Translations under genes and position numbers: made by a program
Notes under the pieces: model-generated
The model's input: only the letters and a program-made list of their open reading frames with translations
What the model was told of the DNA's origin: nothing
Database searches by the model: none
DNA from: an uncultured Bacilli bacterium
GTDB taxonomy: Bacteria; Bacillota_I; Bacilli_A; RFN20; CAG-449
NCBI GenBank assembly: GCA_947588815.1
Contig: CANQAG010000004.1
Coordinates: 26,193-90,192, forward strand
DNA length: 64,000 nucleotides
Direction of reading: 5' to 3'
Part shown: positions 30,940-40,470 of the stretch, piece by piece
How the letters are laid out: each line of letters opens with the position of its first letter
How positions within the stretch are numbered: position 1 is the stretch's first letter

Positions 30940-32832
30940 ATGAATAAACTTAAAATGCAAACTATAAACAAAGCAGATGAGAATTTCAAGAGATTGACGG
31001 AAATGTTTCCGAATGCTATTACAGAAACGATAGATGAAAACGGCGAAGTTGTTCGTGCTATTGACAAAGATGTTCTTATGCAAGAAATCTCTTGCAAAGT
31101 AGTTGAAGGGCGCGAAGAACGTTATCAATTTACTTGGCCGGACAAGAGAAAATCTGTTCTGCTTGCAAATGCGCCTATTAACAAAACACTCCGTCCTTGT
31201 CGTGAAGAAAGCGTGAATTTTGACAACACCGAAAACCTTTATATTGAGGGTGATAATCTTGAAGTGTTAAAGCTTTTGCAGGAAACTTATCTAGGCAAAA
31301 TTAAAATGATATATATTGATCCACCTTATAATACGGGTAATGACTTTGTGTATGAGGATAATTTTACTCAAAGCACTGATGAATATCTTGCAAATAGCGG
31401 ACAATATGACGATCAAGGCAATCGGTTATATCAAAATACAGAAAGTAATGGTAGATTTCATACTGATTGGCTGAACATGATATATCCAAGGTTGAAACTA
31501 GCAAAAGATTTGCTCCGAGAAGACGGTATGGTCTTTATTAGCATTGACGATAACGAACAAGAAAACCTAAAGAAAATTTGTGATGAAATATTTGGAAGTG
31601 CTAATTTTGTTGCTAATTTTATATGGAAAAAAACAAGCAACCCAAATTCAACAGGAAACAATATTGGTGTTGAACACGAATACATTATTTCATATTCGAA
31701 AAGTAATAAGTATATTTTAAATTCTTTACCATTGGATAAAGAAGATTTTGATAAATATATAGGTAAAGATGAATTCTTAGAAGAAAGAGGACCATATAAA
31801 CTTGTTGGTTTAAATAAGACGGGAACTGTAAATGATTTAAGAGCTAATTTAATGTATGATATTGAAGCACCAGATGGTAGTATAATTAAACCAAATCCAA
31901 GATGGAGATGGTCATTAGAAAAATTTAACAAATGCAAAACAGAAAATAGAATAGTATTTATTAAATATAATGAAAAATGGAGCGTCTCGTATAAACAATA
32001 TTTAAATGAAGATACTGAAGGCAATATTGTAGCTCGAGGAAAGTTAATTAAAACAATTTTTAGTGATAATGGTAGAACAACTGATGGTACATTGGAAATA
32101 AATAGTTTATTAGGAAAGGGTTATTTTGATTTTCCAAAACCAAAAGATTTAATAAAAAAACTACTTTTCATATCTTCGAAAAAAAATGATATTATCCTCG
32201 ATTTCTTTTCCGGCTCTGCTACAACCGCTCATGCTGTTATGCAACTCAATGCCGAAGATGGAGGCAACCGAAAGTTTATTATGGTACAGCTTCCCGAAGT
32301 ATGCGATGAAAAAAGTGAAGCCTATAAAGCAGGTTATAAGAATATTTGCGAAATCGGAAAAGAACGTATCCGTCGAGCAGGTAAAAAAATCAAGGATGAA
32401 AATCCACTTACAACGCAAGATCTTGATATTGGATTCCGTGTTTTGAAGTGTGATACATCAAATATGAAAGATGTTTACTATAATCCCAAAGATATCGAAA
32501 TTTCATTGTTTGAAAACGATGATAACAATATCAAAGAAGATCGCACACCGGAAGATTTGTTGTTCCAAGTAATGCTCGATTTAGGAGTGTTGCTTTCTTC
32601 TAAAATTGAAGAAAAAGAAATTGCCGGAAAGAAAGTATTTAATGTTGCTGATGGTTTCCTCATTGCTTGCTTTGATGAAAATGTAACAGAAGAAACGATA
32701 AAAGAAGTTGCTAAGCAAAAACCATATTATTTTGTCATGCGAGATAGTTCTATGGCAAACGACAGCGTAGCTACCAACTTTGAGCAAATTTTTGCTACAT
32801 ATAGTCCGGATACGGTAAGGAAGGTGCTGTAA
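30940..32832 (+). CDS. mod: Type III restriction-modification Mod subunit, N6-adenine DNA methyltransferase
   Basis: 630 aa; IYIDPPYNTGNDF (DPPY motif IV), FxGSGTT-like AdoMet motif FFSGSATTAHAV; GGGAGG RBS. Confidence 0.9.
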   Translation: MNKLKMQTINKADENFKRLTEMFPNAITETIDENGEVVRAIDKDVLMQEISCKVVEGREERYQFTWPDKRKSVLLANAPINKTLRPCREESVNFDNTENLYIEGDNLEVLKLLQETYLGKIKMIYIDPPYNTGNDFVYEDNFTQSTDEYLANSGQYDDQGNRLYQNTESNGRFHTDWLNMIYPRLKLAKDLLREDGMVFISIDDNEQENLKKICDEIFGSANFVANFIWKKTSNPNSTGNNIGVEHEYIISYSKSNKYILNSLPLDKEDFDKYIGKDEFLEERGPYKLVGLNKTGTVNDLRANLMYDIEAPDGSIIKPNPRWRWSLEKFNKCKTENRIVFIKYNEKWSVSYKQYLNEDTEGNIVARGKLIKTIFSDNGRTTDGTLEINSLLGKGYFDFPKPKDLIKKLLFISSKKNDIILDFFSGSATTAHAVMQLNAEDGGNRKFIMVQLPEVCDEKSEAYKAGYKNICEIGKERIRRAGKKIKDENPLTTQDLDIGFRVLKCDTSNMKDVYYNPKDIEISLFENDDNNIKEDRTPEDLLFQVMLDLGVLLSSKIEEKEIAGKKVFNVADGFLIACFDENVTEETIKEVAKQKPYYFVMRDSSMANDSVATNFEQIFATYSPDTVRKVL

Positions 32833-33854
32833 TGGAAAATAAGATACAAAGTGAGATTCTTATTTATCAAACTGAAAAAGGAAATACAAAACTTGATGTA
32901 CGTCTAGAAGATGAAACTGTTTGGCTAACGCAGGCACAACTAGTAGAACTTTATCAAACTACAAAATCGAATGTAAGTGAACATATTAAGCATATCTTTG
33001 AAGATGGTGAATTGGATGAAACATTAGTTGTTCGGAATTTCCGAACAACTGCTTCTGACGGAAAAAAATATAACACAAAATATTATAACTTAGACATGAT
33101 AATTTCACTAGGATATCGTATTCGTAGTATAACGGCAACGCATTTTAGAAAATGGGCGACAGAACGTTTAAAAGAATATATTATCAAAGGTTTCACAATG
33201 GATGATGAGCGTTTAAAAGGGAATGGCGGCGGACAATATTGGAAAGAGCTGCTTGCAAGAATTCGTGATATTCGCTCATCTGAAAAAGTACTTTATCGTC
33301 AAGTACTTGATCTTTACGCTACAAGCGTTGATTACGATCCAAATAGTGAAATATCGATTGAATTTTTCAAAATTGTGCAGAACAAATTACATTATGCAGC
33401 TCATGGTCATACTGCTGCGGAAGTGATCTATGAACGAGCTGACGCTAATAAGCCATTTATGGGGATGAAAAGTTTTAAAGGAGATTTTCCGACTCTTGCC
33501 GATGCGAAGATTGCTAAAAATTATCTTAATGAGGATGAACTAAAAGTGTTAGGTAATCTTGTTTCGGGATATTTTGATTTTGCAGAAATTCAAGCAATCC
33601 GAAAGCACCCGATGTATATGAAAGATTACATAGAGAATCTTGATTCTATTCTTTCCGCGACTGGCGAAAAACTTTTACTTAATGCTGGAAAAATCAGTCA
33701 CCAAGAAGCTATAGATAAAGCAATAGCGGAATATAGAAAATATCAAGTGCAAACCCTTTCTCCTGTCGAAGAAGTGTATCTAGAAATGGTAAAAAATACA
33801 GAAAAGACAATTAAAAAACTTACGAAAAATAGTGAAAAAGGAGAGCAAAAGTGA
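32832..33854 (+). CDS. RhuM-family (virulence protein RhuM/Fic-DOC-like) protein embedded between mod and res
   Basis: 340 aa; N-terminal EILIYQTEKGNTKLDVRLEDETVWLTQAQLVELYQTTKSNVSEHIKHIF typical of RhuM family; start overlaps mod stop (TAATG). Confidence 0.8.
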   Translation: MENKIQSEILIYQTEKGNTKLDVRLEDETVWLTQAQLVELYQTTKSNVSEHIKHIFEDGELDETLVVRNFRTTASDGKKYNTKYYNLDMIISLGYRIRSITATHFRKWATERLKEYIIKGFTMDDERLKGNGGGQYWKELLARIRDIRSSEKVLYRQVLDLYATSVDYDPNSEISIEFFKIVQNKLHYAAHGHTAAEVIYERADANKPFMGMKSFKGDFPTLADAKIAKNYLNEDELKVLGNLVSGYFDFAEIQAIRKHPMYMKDYIENLDSILSATGEKLLLNAGKISHQEAIDKAIAEYRKYQVQTLSPVEEVYLEMVKNTEKTIKKLTKNSEKGEQK

Positions 33855-36800
33855 AATTCAATTTTAAAATACAACAGTATCAAACTGACGCTGTGAATGC
33901 AGTTGTTAAAGTTTTTGCCGGTCAGGGTTTTAGGGAAAAAATAAACTATATTCGCGATACTGGAAAACAGATTGCTAATGATCATCAGCAAACACAACTT
34001 ATTTTCGATAATAATGAAAAATACGATTGGTATGATCCGTTAAACGATACTGGCTATAAAAATGCACCTTTGGAACTTTCCGATGAAGAACTTTTAAGTA
34101 ATATTAAAAACCTGCAAATCGAAAATAATATTAAACAATCGGTTTCACTGAATAAAGAATTGGGGCAATGTTCTCTTGATATAGAGATGGAAACCGGTAC
34201 TGGCAAAACATATGTGTATATTAAGACGATGTTTGAACTAAACAAGCTGTACGGATGGAGCAAGTTTATTGTCGTTGTACCCTCCATCGCTATCCGTGAA
34301 GGAGTGAAAAAGTCCTTTGAAATCACGATAGATCATTTTATGGAATATTATGGTAAAAAAGCTCGTTTTTTCGTTTACAATAGTAGTAACTTATCACAGC
34401 TAGATAACTTTTCTCAAAGTTCCGGTATCAATGTGATGATTATTAACACGCAAGCTTTTGCTTCCTCTTTAAAGGAAGACGGAAAAAGTAAAGAAGCCCG
34501 TATTATTTATTCTAAACGAGATGAATTTGGTTCCCGTCGTCCAATTGATGTAATCAAAGCAAATAGACCTATTATCATTTTGGATGAACCGCAAAAAATG
34601 GGTGGTGATGTCACACAAAAGGCACTTAAAAACTTTAATCCACTTTTTTCTCTTAATTACTCTGCTACTCACGCTAAACAACATAATCTCATATATGTGC
34701 TTGACGCTCTCGACGCTTTCAACGAGCGCCTCGTGAAGAAAATTGAAGTAAAAGGTTTTGAAGTTAAAAATTTTCGAGGAACGGATGGCTACCTCTATTT
34801 AGAGAAAATTGTCCTTTCTTCAAAAAATCCGCCGATGGCAAAAATCGAACTTGAAATCGGATATAATAAGTCCATAAAACGTGAGACGAGACTATTAGGT
34901 GTCGGGGATGATCTATATTATGTCTCGCAAAAGATGGAACAATACAAAGGGTTTACGATTTCCGAAGTAGATCAGTTGCGTGGAACTGTTACATTTACTA
35001 ATGGTAATGTCATAGCTGTTGGGGAAATAGTAAACGATGTGTCTGAGAAAGATATGCGTCGTATTCAAATAAGAGAAACGATACTTTCTCATTTCGAAAA
35101 AGAAGAAAAGCTTTTTAATATGGGAATTAAATCTTTGTCGTTATTTTTTATAGATGAAGTAGCTAAATATCGCCAATATGATGAAGATGGTAACGAGATA
35201 TTAGGCGAATATGGAAAAATATTTGAACAAGAATATATTAATGTTCTCAATGAGTACATCACCATATTTGATACACCTTATCAAAAATATCTCCGCTCTA
35301 CTTGTAGCGATGTTTCATCTGTACATAAAGGTTATTTCAGTATTGATAAAAAGACCGGCAGAAGTATTGATAGTCAATTAAAAAGAGGCAGTGAGTTTTC
35401 AGATGATATTTCTGCTTATGATTTGATACTCAAAAACAAAGAACGTTTGCTGTCATTTGACGAACCTACAAGGTTTATCTTTTCTCACTCAGCGCTCCGT
35501 GAAGGTTGGGATAATCCCAATGTGTTCCAAATTTGCACTTTGAAACATTCTGATAGTAATACCACAAAGCGTCAGGAAGTTGGTAGAGGACTGAGACTTT
35601 GTGTCAATCAATTCGGCAACCGAATGGATGTTGAAACTCTTGGAGACAATGTTCACGACGTGAACCTCCTTACCGTAATTGCTAGTGAAAGTTATAAGAC
35701 CTTTGTGTCTGATTTACAAAGTGACATCAAGGCGGTTCTTTATGATAGACCGACAGTAGCAACGAGTGAATATTTTGCTGGGAAATGTGTAAAAGTTGGT
35801 GATTGTTTCACTACTATTGACGATAAAATTGCTAATAAACTTGAATATTATCTCATACAAAACAAGTATGTTAATATAGAACGCAAGGTGACAGATAAAT
35901 ATCGCGAAGATGTGGCAAACGGAACATTAGTACCACTTCCAGATGATCTTGCTCCAATGGCAGAGGGTATTCATAAGCTTATTCAATCCGTCTATGACGA
36001 CAGTATGTTGGAAAGTATGTTTACTGATGGTCACGAGTCTAAAATTATGGACAATCCGCTGAATGAAAATTTTGCTAAAAAAGAATTTCAGGCACTTTGG
36101 AATGAAATCAATCGTAAGTATGCCTATACAGTTAGCTTTGATAGTGAGGAACTGATAAAAAAAGCGATCGACTACATCGATCAGAAACTATTTGTTTCTG
36201 AATTACAATACACAACGACTATCGGAAGGCAGAAAGACAAGATGAACGAAAATGAAATTGAAAACCTAACTTCGTTCAGCAACGAAAAAACGAGAACCCA
36301 AACGTTGAAACATACTGAAGCAAGCAACGTAAAATATGATCTTATTGGAAAAGTAGCGGAAGGTACTATTCTTACAAGAAAAACTGTAGCAAGGATATTG
36401 AAAGGAATTAGGAAAGATAAGCTTAAGATGTTTAGCTATAATCCTGAAGAATTTATATCAAAAATAATAAAACTCATTAAAGAGCAGAAAGCTACAATGA
36501 TTGTTGAACACATTTCCTACAATCAAATTGATGGAAAGTATGATAGCACGATTTTTACTGCTGAAAAAACTACAGTTAGATTTGATAAGGCATATCTTGC
36601 CAAAAAAGCGATTCAAGATTATGTATTTATAGATGGAACGGCAGAAAATAGTATTGAAAGAAGATTCGCTAAAAGTTTAGATGAAGCTGATGAAGTTTGT
36701 GTCTATGCTAAGCTACCGAGAACTTTCCAAATACCGACACCAGTGGGTAACTATTCCCCTGATTGGGCGATAGCTTTTTATGAAGGTAAAGTAAAACATA

Positions 36801-36973
36801 TTTTCTTTATTGCTGAAACGAAAGGTACAATGGAAAGCTTGAATCTGCGACCAATTGAACAGGCTAAGATTTCATGTGCAAAAAAGTTGTTTAACGAAAT
36901 GTCTACAAGCAAGGTAAAGTATCATGAAGTTGATAGTTATACAAAATTGCTTAATGTAATAGAGATGCTTTAA
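33851..36973 (+). CDS. res: Type III restriction enzyme Res subunit (SF2 helicase + C-terminal PD-(D/E)xK nuclease)
   Basis: 1040 aa; Walker A ETGTGKTYV, DEPQ (motif II ILDEPQK), C-terminal PDWAIAF...IAETKG nuclease block; GTG start at 33851 with AAGGAGAG RBS overlapping RhuM stop (GTGA). Confidence 0.9.
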   Translation: MKFNFKIQQYQTDAVNAVVKVFAGQGFREKINYIRDTGKQIANDHQQTQLIFDNNEKYDWYDPLNDTGYKNAPLELSDEELLSNIKNLQIENNIKQSVSLNKELGQCSLDIEMETGTGKTYVYIKTMFELNKLYGWSKFIVVVPSIAIREGVKKSFEITIDHFMEYYGKKARFFVYNSSNLSQLDNFSQSSGINVMIINTQAFASSLKEDGKSKEARIIYSKRDEFGSRRPIDVIKANRPIIILDEPQKMGGDVTQKALKNFNPLFSLNYSATHAKQHNLIYVLDALDAFNERLVKKIEVKGFEVKNFRGTDGYLYLEKIVLSSKNPPMAKIELEIGYNKSIKRETRLLGVGDDLYYVSQKMEQYKGFTISEVDQLRGTVTFTNGNVIAVGEIVNDVSEKDMRRIQIRETILSHFEKEEKLFNMGIKSLSLFFIDEVAKYRQYDEDGNEILGEYGKIFEQEYINVLNEYITIFDTPYQKYLRSTCSDVSSVHKGYFSIDKKTGRSIDSQLKRGSEFSDDISAYDLILKNKERLLSFDEPTRFIFSHSALREGWDNPNVFQICTLKHSDSNTTKRQEVGRGLRLCVNQFGNRMDVETLGDNVHDVNLLTVIASESYKTFVSDLQSDIKAVLYDRPTVATSEYFAGKCVKVGDCFTTIDDKIANKLEYYLIQNKYVNIERKVTDKYREDVANGTLVPLPDDLAPMAEGIHKLIQSVYDDSMLESMFTDGHESKIMDNPLNENFAKKEFQALWNEINRKYAYTVSFDSEELIKKAIDYIDQKLFVSELQYTTTIGRQKDKMNENEIENLTSFSNEKTRTQTLKHTEASNVKYDLIGKVAEGTILTRKTVARILKGIRKDKLKMFSYNPEEFISKIIKLIKEQKATMIVEHISYNQIDGKYDSTIFTAEKTTVRFDKAYLAKKAIQDYVFIDGTAENSIERRFAKSLDEADEVCVYAKLPRTFQIPTPVGNYSPDWAIAFYEGKVKHIFFIAETKGTMESLNLRPIEQAKISCAKKLFNEMSTSKVKYHEVDSYTKLLNVIEML

Positions 36974-37317
36974 TTATTAAAAATTTCATTTTATCTAAAT
37001 ATTTTCATAATAATATAATAAAAAGCTCGATAAAGGTATGAGATTGATTAGGGAGTAAAATTTAACTTTTATCAAAATATAAATAAGTATTTTCTGTATG
37101 TAATGTGAGTGTAATTTTTTGTTCTTTGCATTGCAAAGTATAGATAATATTTATGTTTTTCATTTTGAAAAAAGGGAAAGCAGCACTTGAAAAAAATACG
37201 GAATAGAATTATAATTAAAATACGAATTAGGATTTAAAATTCGGATTATGAATGAACTAAACTTTTAACAGAATCGCAATAGAAGCACACAAAAAATTAG
37301 ATGGGAGGTATAAATAT

Positions 37318-37878
37318 ATGAAAATTGTTGTTTTAACGGGTAGTCCGCAAAAGCATGGCTCTTCAAATTTACTTGTAGAGCAATTTGCTAAAGGAGCAAG
37401 TGAATCTGGAAATATTATTTCTATCATCGATACAGCACGAATAAATGTCAATCCGTGCATTGGGTGTGTTAAATGTGGATATGGTGGTCCTTGTGTGCAA
37501 GATGACGATATGGGTTCTACAAAATCTGAAAAAGGTAAGATTAAATCTAAAATTCTCGATGCGGATATGATTGTTTTTGCAACACCACTTTATTACTATG
37601 GAACGACTTCCCAGCTCAAGACGGTCATAGATCGTTTTTGTGCATTTAATGGCGAAATTCAACGAAAACACATGAAGTCTGCACTTATTTCTGTCGCGTG
37701 GAACGCTGACGATTGGACTTTTGATGCATTAGTAGCGCACTATAAAACCCTTGTGAAATATCTTAATTTTGTAGATATGGGAATTATTCTCGGTAAGGGC
37801 TGTGGAACGGTTGATATGACGATACGTTCTCAGTATCCAAAAAAAGCTTATGAATTTGGTAAAAGCCTAAAAAGGTAA
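37318..37878 (+). CDS. iron-sulfur flavoprotein (Isf-like, NADPH-dependent FMN reductase fold)
   Basis: 186 aa; flavodoxin-like MKIVVLTGSPQKHGSS N-term plus compact CxxCxxCx5C cluster motif (CIGCVKCGYGGPC). Confidence 0.7.
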   Translation: MKIVVLTGSPQKHGSSNLLVEQFAKGASESGNIISIIDTARINVNPCIGCVKCGYGGPCVQDDDMGSTKSEKGKIKSKILDADMIVFATPLYYYGTTSQLKTVIDRFCAFNGEIQRKHMKSALISVAWNADDWTFDALVAHYKTLVKYLNFVDMGIILGKGCGTVDMTIRSQYPKKAYEFGKSLKR

Positions 37879-37911
37879 TAAATAATACTTTTAACATTAA
37901 GGAGATAAAAC

Positions 37912-38211
37912 ATGGCAATTACAATCAATATCTACTATACAGGAATGAATGGCAATGCACGTAAATTTGCGGAAGAAATGAAATCAAGTGGAGTTGTCGA
38001 ACAGATTCGTACGGAAAAAGGCAATCTCCGTTATGAATATTTTTTTCCTATGGACGATCAAGAAATGGTTTTACTAATCGATGCTTGGGAAAGTGAAGAA
38101 GCACTTGATTTTCATCATAAAAGTCCAATGATGAAACAGATTGCCGCTCTTCGCAATAAATATAAACTCAAAATGAGAGTTCAAAAATTTAGGGAAATTA
38201 TTAAGGAGTAA
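37912..38211 (+). CDS. antibiotic-biosynthesis-monooxygenase (ABM) domain protein
   Basis: 99 aa; ABM-like ferredoxin fold signature (LLIDAWESEEALDFHHKSP). Confidence 0.65.
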   Translation: MAITINIYYTGMNGNARKFAEEMKSSGVVEQIRTEKGNLRYEYFFPMDDQEMVLLIDAWESEEALDFHHKSPMMKQIAALRNKYKLKMRVQKFREIIKE

Positions 38212-38215
38212 TAAA

Positions 38216-38818
38216 ATGGAAAGAAAAAACAGGATGTCGTTTCTATTCGTAATTATAAGTTTCTTAACCTTTAGTCTTTCTGCTTGTAGTGAAGTAAGTA
38301 ATGACAAAGAAAAATATGATACCTCTAATTCGTCAAAAATTCTTGTTGCTTATTTTTCTTGCACAAATCATACCGAAAATGTTGCACAAAAAATTGCCGA
38401 CATTACTGGTGGGACACTTTATGAAATTATACCGGCAGAGCCTTATACGGATGCTGATTTGAATTATAACGATAATAGCAGTCGTTCGTCCGAAGAACAA
38501 AACGATGATTTGGCACGTCCTGCAATTAGTGATATGAATATAAATATGGCGAATTATGAAGTCGTTTATCTTGGTTATCCCATTTGGTGGGGAAAAGCAC
38601 CGAAAATAATTTATACTTTTCTTGAAAGTTACGACTTTTCTAATAAAGTGATTGCTCCATTTTGCACTTCTGGAGGCAGTGGAATTTCTCAAAGCGTAGA
38701 AGATTTAAAAAAGCTCAATAGTGGAGCAACTTGGTTAAGTGGAAACAGATTTTCTTCTTCAGCTTCACAAGTAGAAGTGGAGAACTGGATAAACGAATTA
38801 AAAGATGAGGTATATTAG
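38216..38818 (+). CDS. flavodoxin-like lipoprotein
   Basis: lipobox LSACSE after signal peptide; flavodoxin_4-like KILVAYFSCTNHTENVAQKIA and YLGYPIWWG motifs. Confidence 0.7.
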   Translation: MERKNRMSFLFVIISFLTFSLSACSEVSNDKEKYDTSNSSKILVAYFSCTNHTENVAQKIADITGGTLYEIIPAEPYTDADLNYNDNSSRSSEEQNDDLARPAISDMNINMANYEVVYLGYPIWWGKAPKIIYTFLESYDFSNKVIAPFCTSGGSGISQSVEDLKKLNSGATWLSGNRFSSSASQVEVENWINELKDEVY

Positions 38819-38819
38819 A

Positions 38820-39410
38820 ATGATAGATTTTCATGGACATATTATAACCGCTGAATACAAACGGGGAATTAAATCTTTAGGTATCGATCTTATTGATGTC
38901 GATGGATTTCCTTTACCTAAATGGAGCGCAAAAGCACATCTTGATTTTATGCAAGAAGCAGGTATAGATCATACCATACTATCATCTCCTACTCTGCGTC
39001 TTTGGGGTAACGATGTATTGCTTACTGCACAAGTTCATAGATAAGTAAATTCTTCTATATCGGAATTTTGTAAAGAACATTCCGATAAATTTTCATTTGT
39101 TGCTTCTGTTCCGCTTCCGTATGTAGATGCGGCAATCGAAGAATATTATTATGCAAAAAATAATCTTGGCGCTATCGGTGTGAAACTTACGACAAATGTA
39201 AACGGAATTTATTTAGGGGATCCTTTGCTCGATAATTTTATGGTAGAGCTTAATAAAAATCATGCGCTTGTAATCATACATCCGCAAAGAGCAATAAACT
39301 ATCCTAAAAATCCGATTACGGGAACAGTTGCCGCAATTTTTAAATACAAAAACCTTCTCCGTAAAATTTATGGAGAAAACGGGAAAAACTGCTTCGTGAA
39401 TAGAGAGTAA
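38820..39410 (+). pseudogene. amidohydrolase-2 (ACMSD-like) family gene remnant: single in-frame TAA at 39042-39044 and truncated C-terminus
   Basis: ORFs 38805-39044 and 39180-39410 are in the same frame and the intervening 45 codons are open except the TAA; combined product (~195 aa) starts MIDFHGHI (metal-binding HxH) but is ~100 aa shorter than family members. Confidence 0.55.
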
Positions 39411-39421
39411 TTTGAATATAA

Positions 39422-39456
39422 AAAACAGCAAGAAAATTTTCTTGCTGTTTTTTTTA
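39422..39456. terminator. rho-independent terminator (bidirectional)
   Basis: perfect palindrome aaaacagcaagaaaa/ttttcttgctgtttt then T8. Confidence 0.7.
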
Positions 39457-39492
39457 AATTTTAATACCTTAAAGAAAATGTTTAATTTTTAA

Positions 39493-40470
39493 TTATTTGC
39501 TATTTGCTGGTTGTGAAGATATCTTCATACCAAGCCAAGTAGTTCTAAGACCGATAAATAATACAAATCCGATAGATTGCAACATGGTTAATAAGAAACC
39601 GCTTATTAGAGTTAATAAAGCAGGAGACAAGGCTGCTAATAAAACCATTCTTAGAGATTCTGAATACTTTAAGCGAATACCGTTAACATTACTCTTAGTT
39701 CTTGAAAGAGCGAAGAGAGTCAACGATAAAATCAATGCAATTACCGCATTCAATCCTGTCATCCACAAAGTTGTGATTAATACGGTGCTGACTTTGATGC
39801 TATTATAAGCATCATTCATAAAAGTCGACCACTTTAAGATTGAGAAGTTAAAATCTTTAGTACTATCGTAGAAAGCATTGATTGAAATTCCGTCTAATTC
39901 ACTAAAAGTTCCTACATAAGTGTTAACCGGTGTTGCCATCGTCTCTTGCGATACATCGTTTACAGCACCGATTTCATACATTTTTAAATACATATAAGAT
40001 GGTGTAAATAAGACATAAGAATTGACGATGTTATTAGTGCCTTGTTCGATTTCTTTTTGTTTAGCATTGATTTGTTCGTTATCATCGCTATTTAAAAAAT
40101 ATACGGAAAAGACTTTTTTGCTTTCTTCACTTTCAATGCCATTTGCGTTTATCTCTTTAAAAGTTTTAAAATAATCAAATGTAGTGCTCGATGAAACATC
40201 CATTTTTCCGTTTTTAATTACTAAATTTGGTTGCGATTTGCTGAAAGCATATAATCCTTCATCGACACAATAAGTGAGATTAGAAGCGGTGGGATATAAA
40301 ATGTTTCCTGGGGTAACGGAAGAATAAGTAACAACCATAGGAATGATCGCTATAATTAGAGATAGGATGCCGATTAATATACAAAGCCACCATTTTGACT
40401 TGCGGTTATCGATAATTACTTGGTTTGAAAAAAGGCCTCTTAATAAAGTTTTTATGGTATTCATTTTCAA
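39493..40470 (-). CDS. hypothetical membrane protein (N-terminal TM, large extracytoplasmic domain, C-terminal TM pair)
   Basis: 325 aa; hydrophobic segments at residues ~25-50 and ~230-310. Confidence 0.5.
   Translation of the reverse strand: MKMNTIKTLLRGLFSNQVIIDNRKSKWWLCILIGILSLIIAIIPMVVTYSSVTPGNILYPTASNLTYCVDEGLYAFSKSQPNLVIKNGKMDVSSSTTFDYFKTFKEINANGIESEESKKVFSVYFLNSDDNEQINAKQKEIEQGTNNIVNSYVLFTPSYMYLKMYEIGAVNDVSQETMATPVNTYVGTFSELDGISINAFYDSTKDFNFSILKWSTFMNDAYNSIKVSTVLITTLWMTGLNAVIALILSLTLFALSRTKSNVNGIRLKYSESLRMVLLAALSPALLTLISGFLLTMLQSIGFVLFIGLRTTWLGMKISSQPANSK

Noticed and set aside
26097-37317. DISARM, BREX or Dnd assignment for the SNF2+MTase island
   Set aside because: No DUF1998/DrmA-B, PLD DrmC, PglZ, BrxC/BrxL or DndA-E-like ORFs are present. 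Only Type III Mod/Res signatures are clear.
26097-37317. Island as an integrated mobile element (att repeats, integrase)
   Set aside because: No integrase, recombinase or transposase ORF is present. The flanking spacers are AT-rich but share only trivial 9-mers (attaaaaat), and no convincing direct repeats were found by eye.
38805-39410. Two separate small genes (79 aa and 76 aa)
   Set aside because: They share the same reading frame and family. Only one TAA separates them and the second starts at GTG without an RBS, so they are better read as a single disrupted gene.
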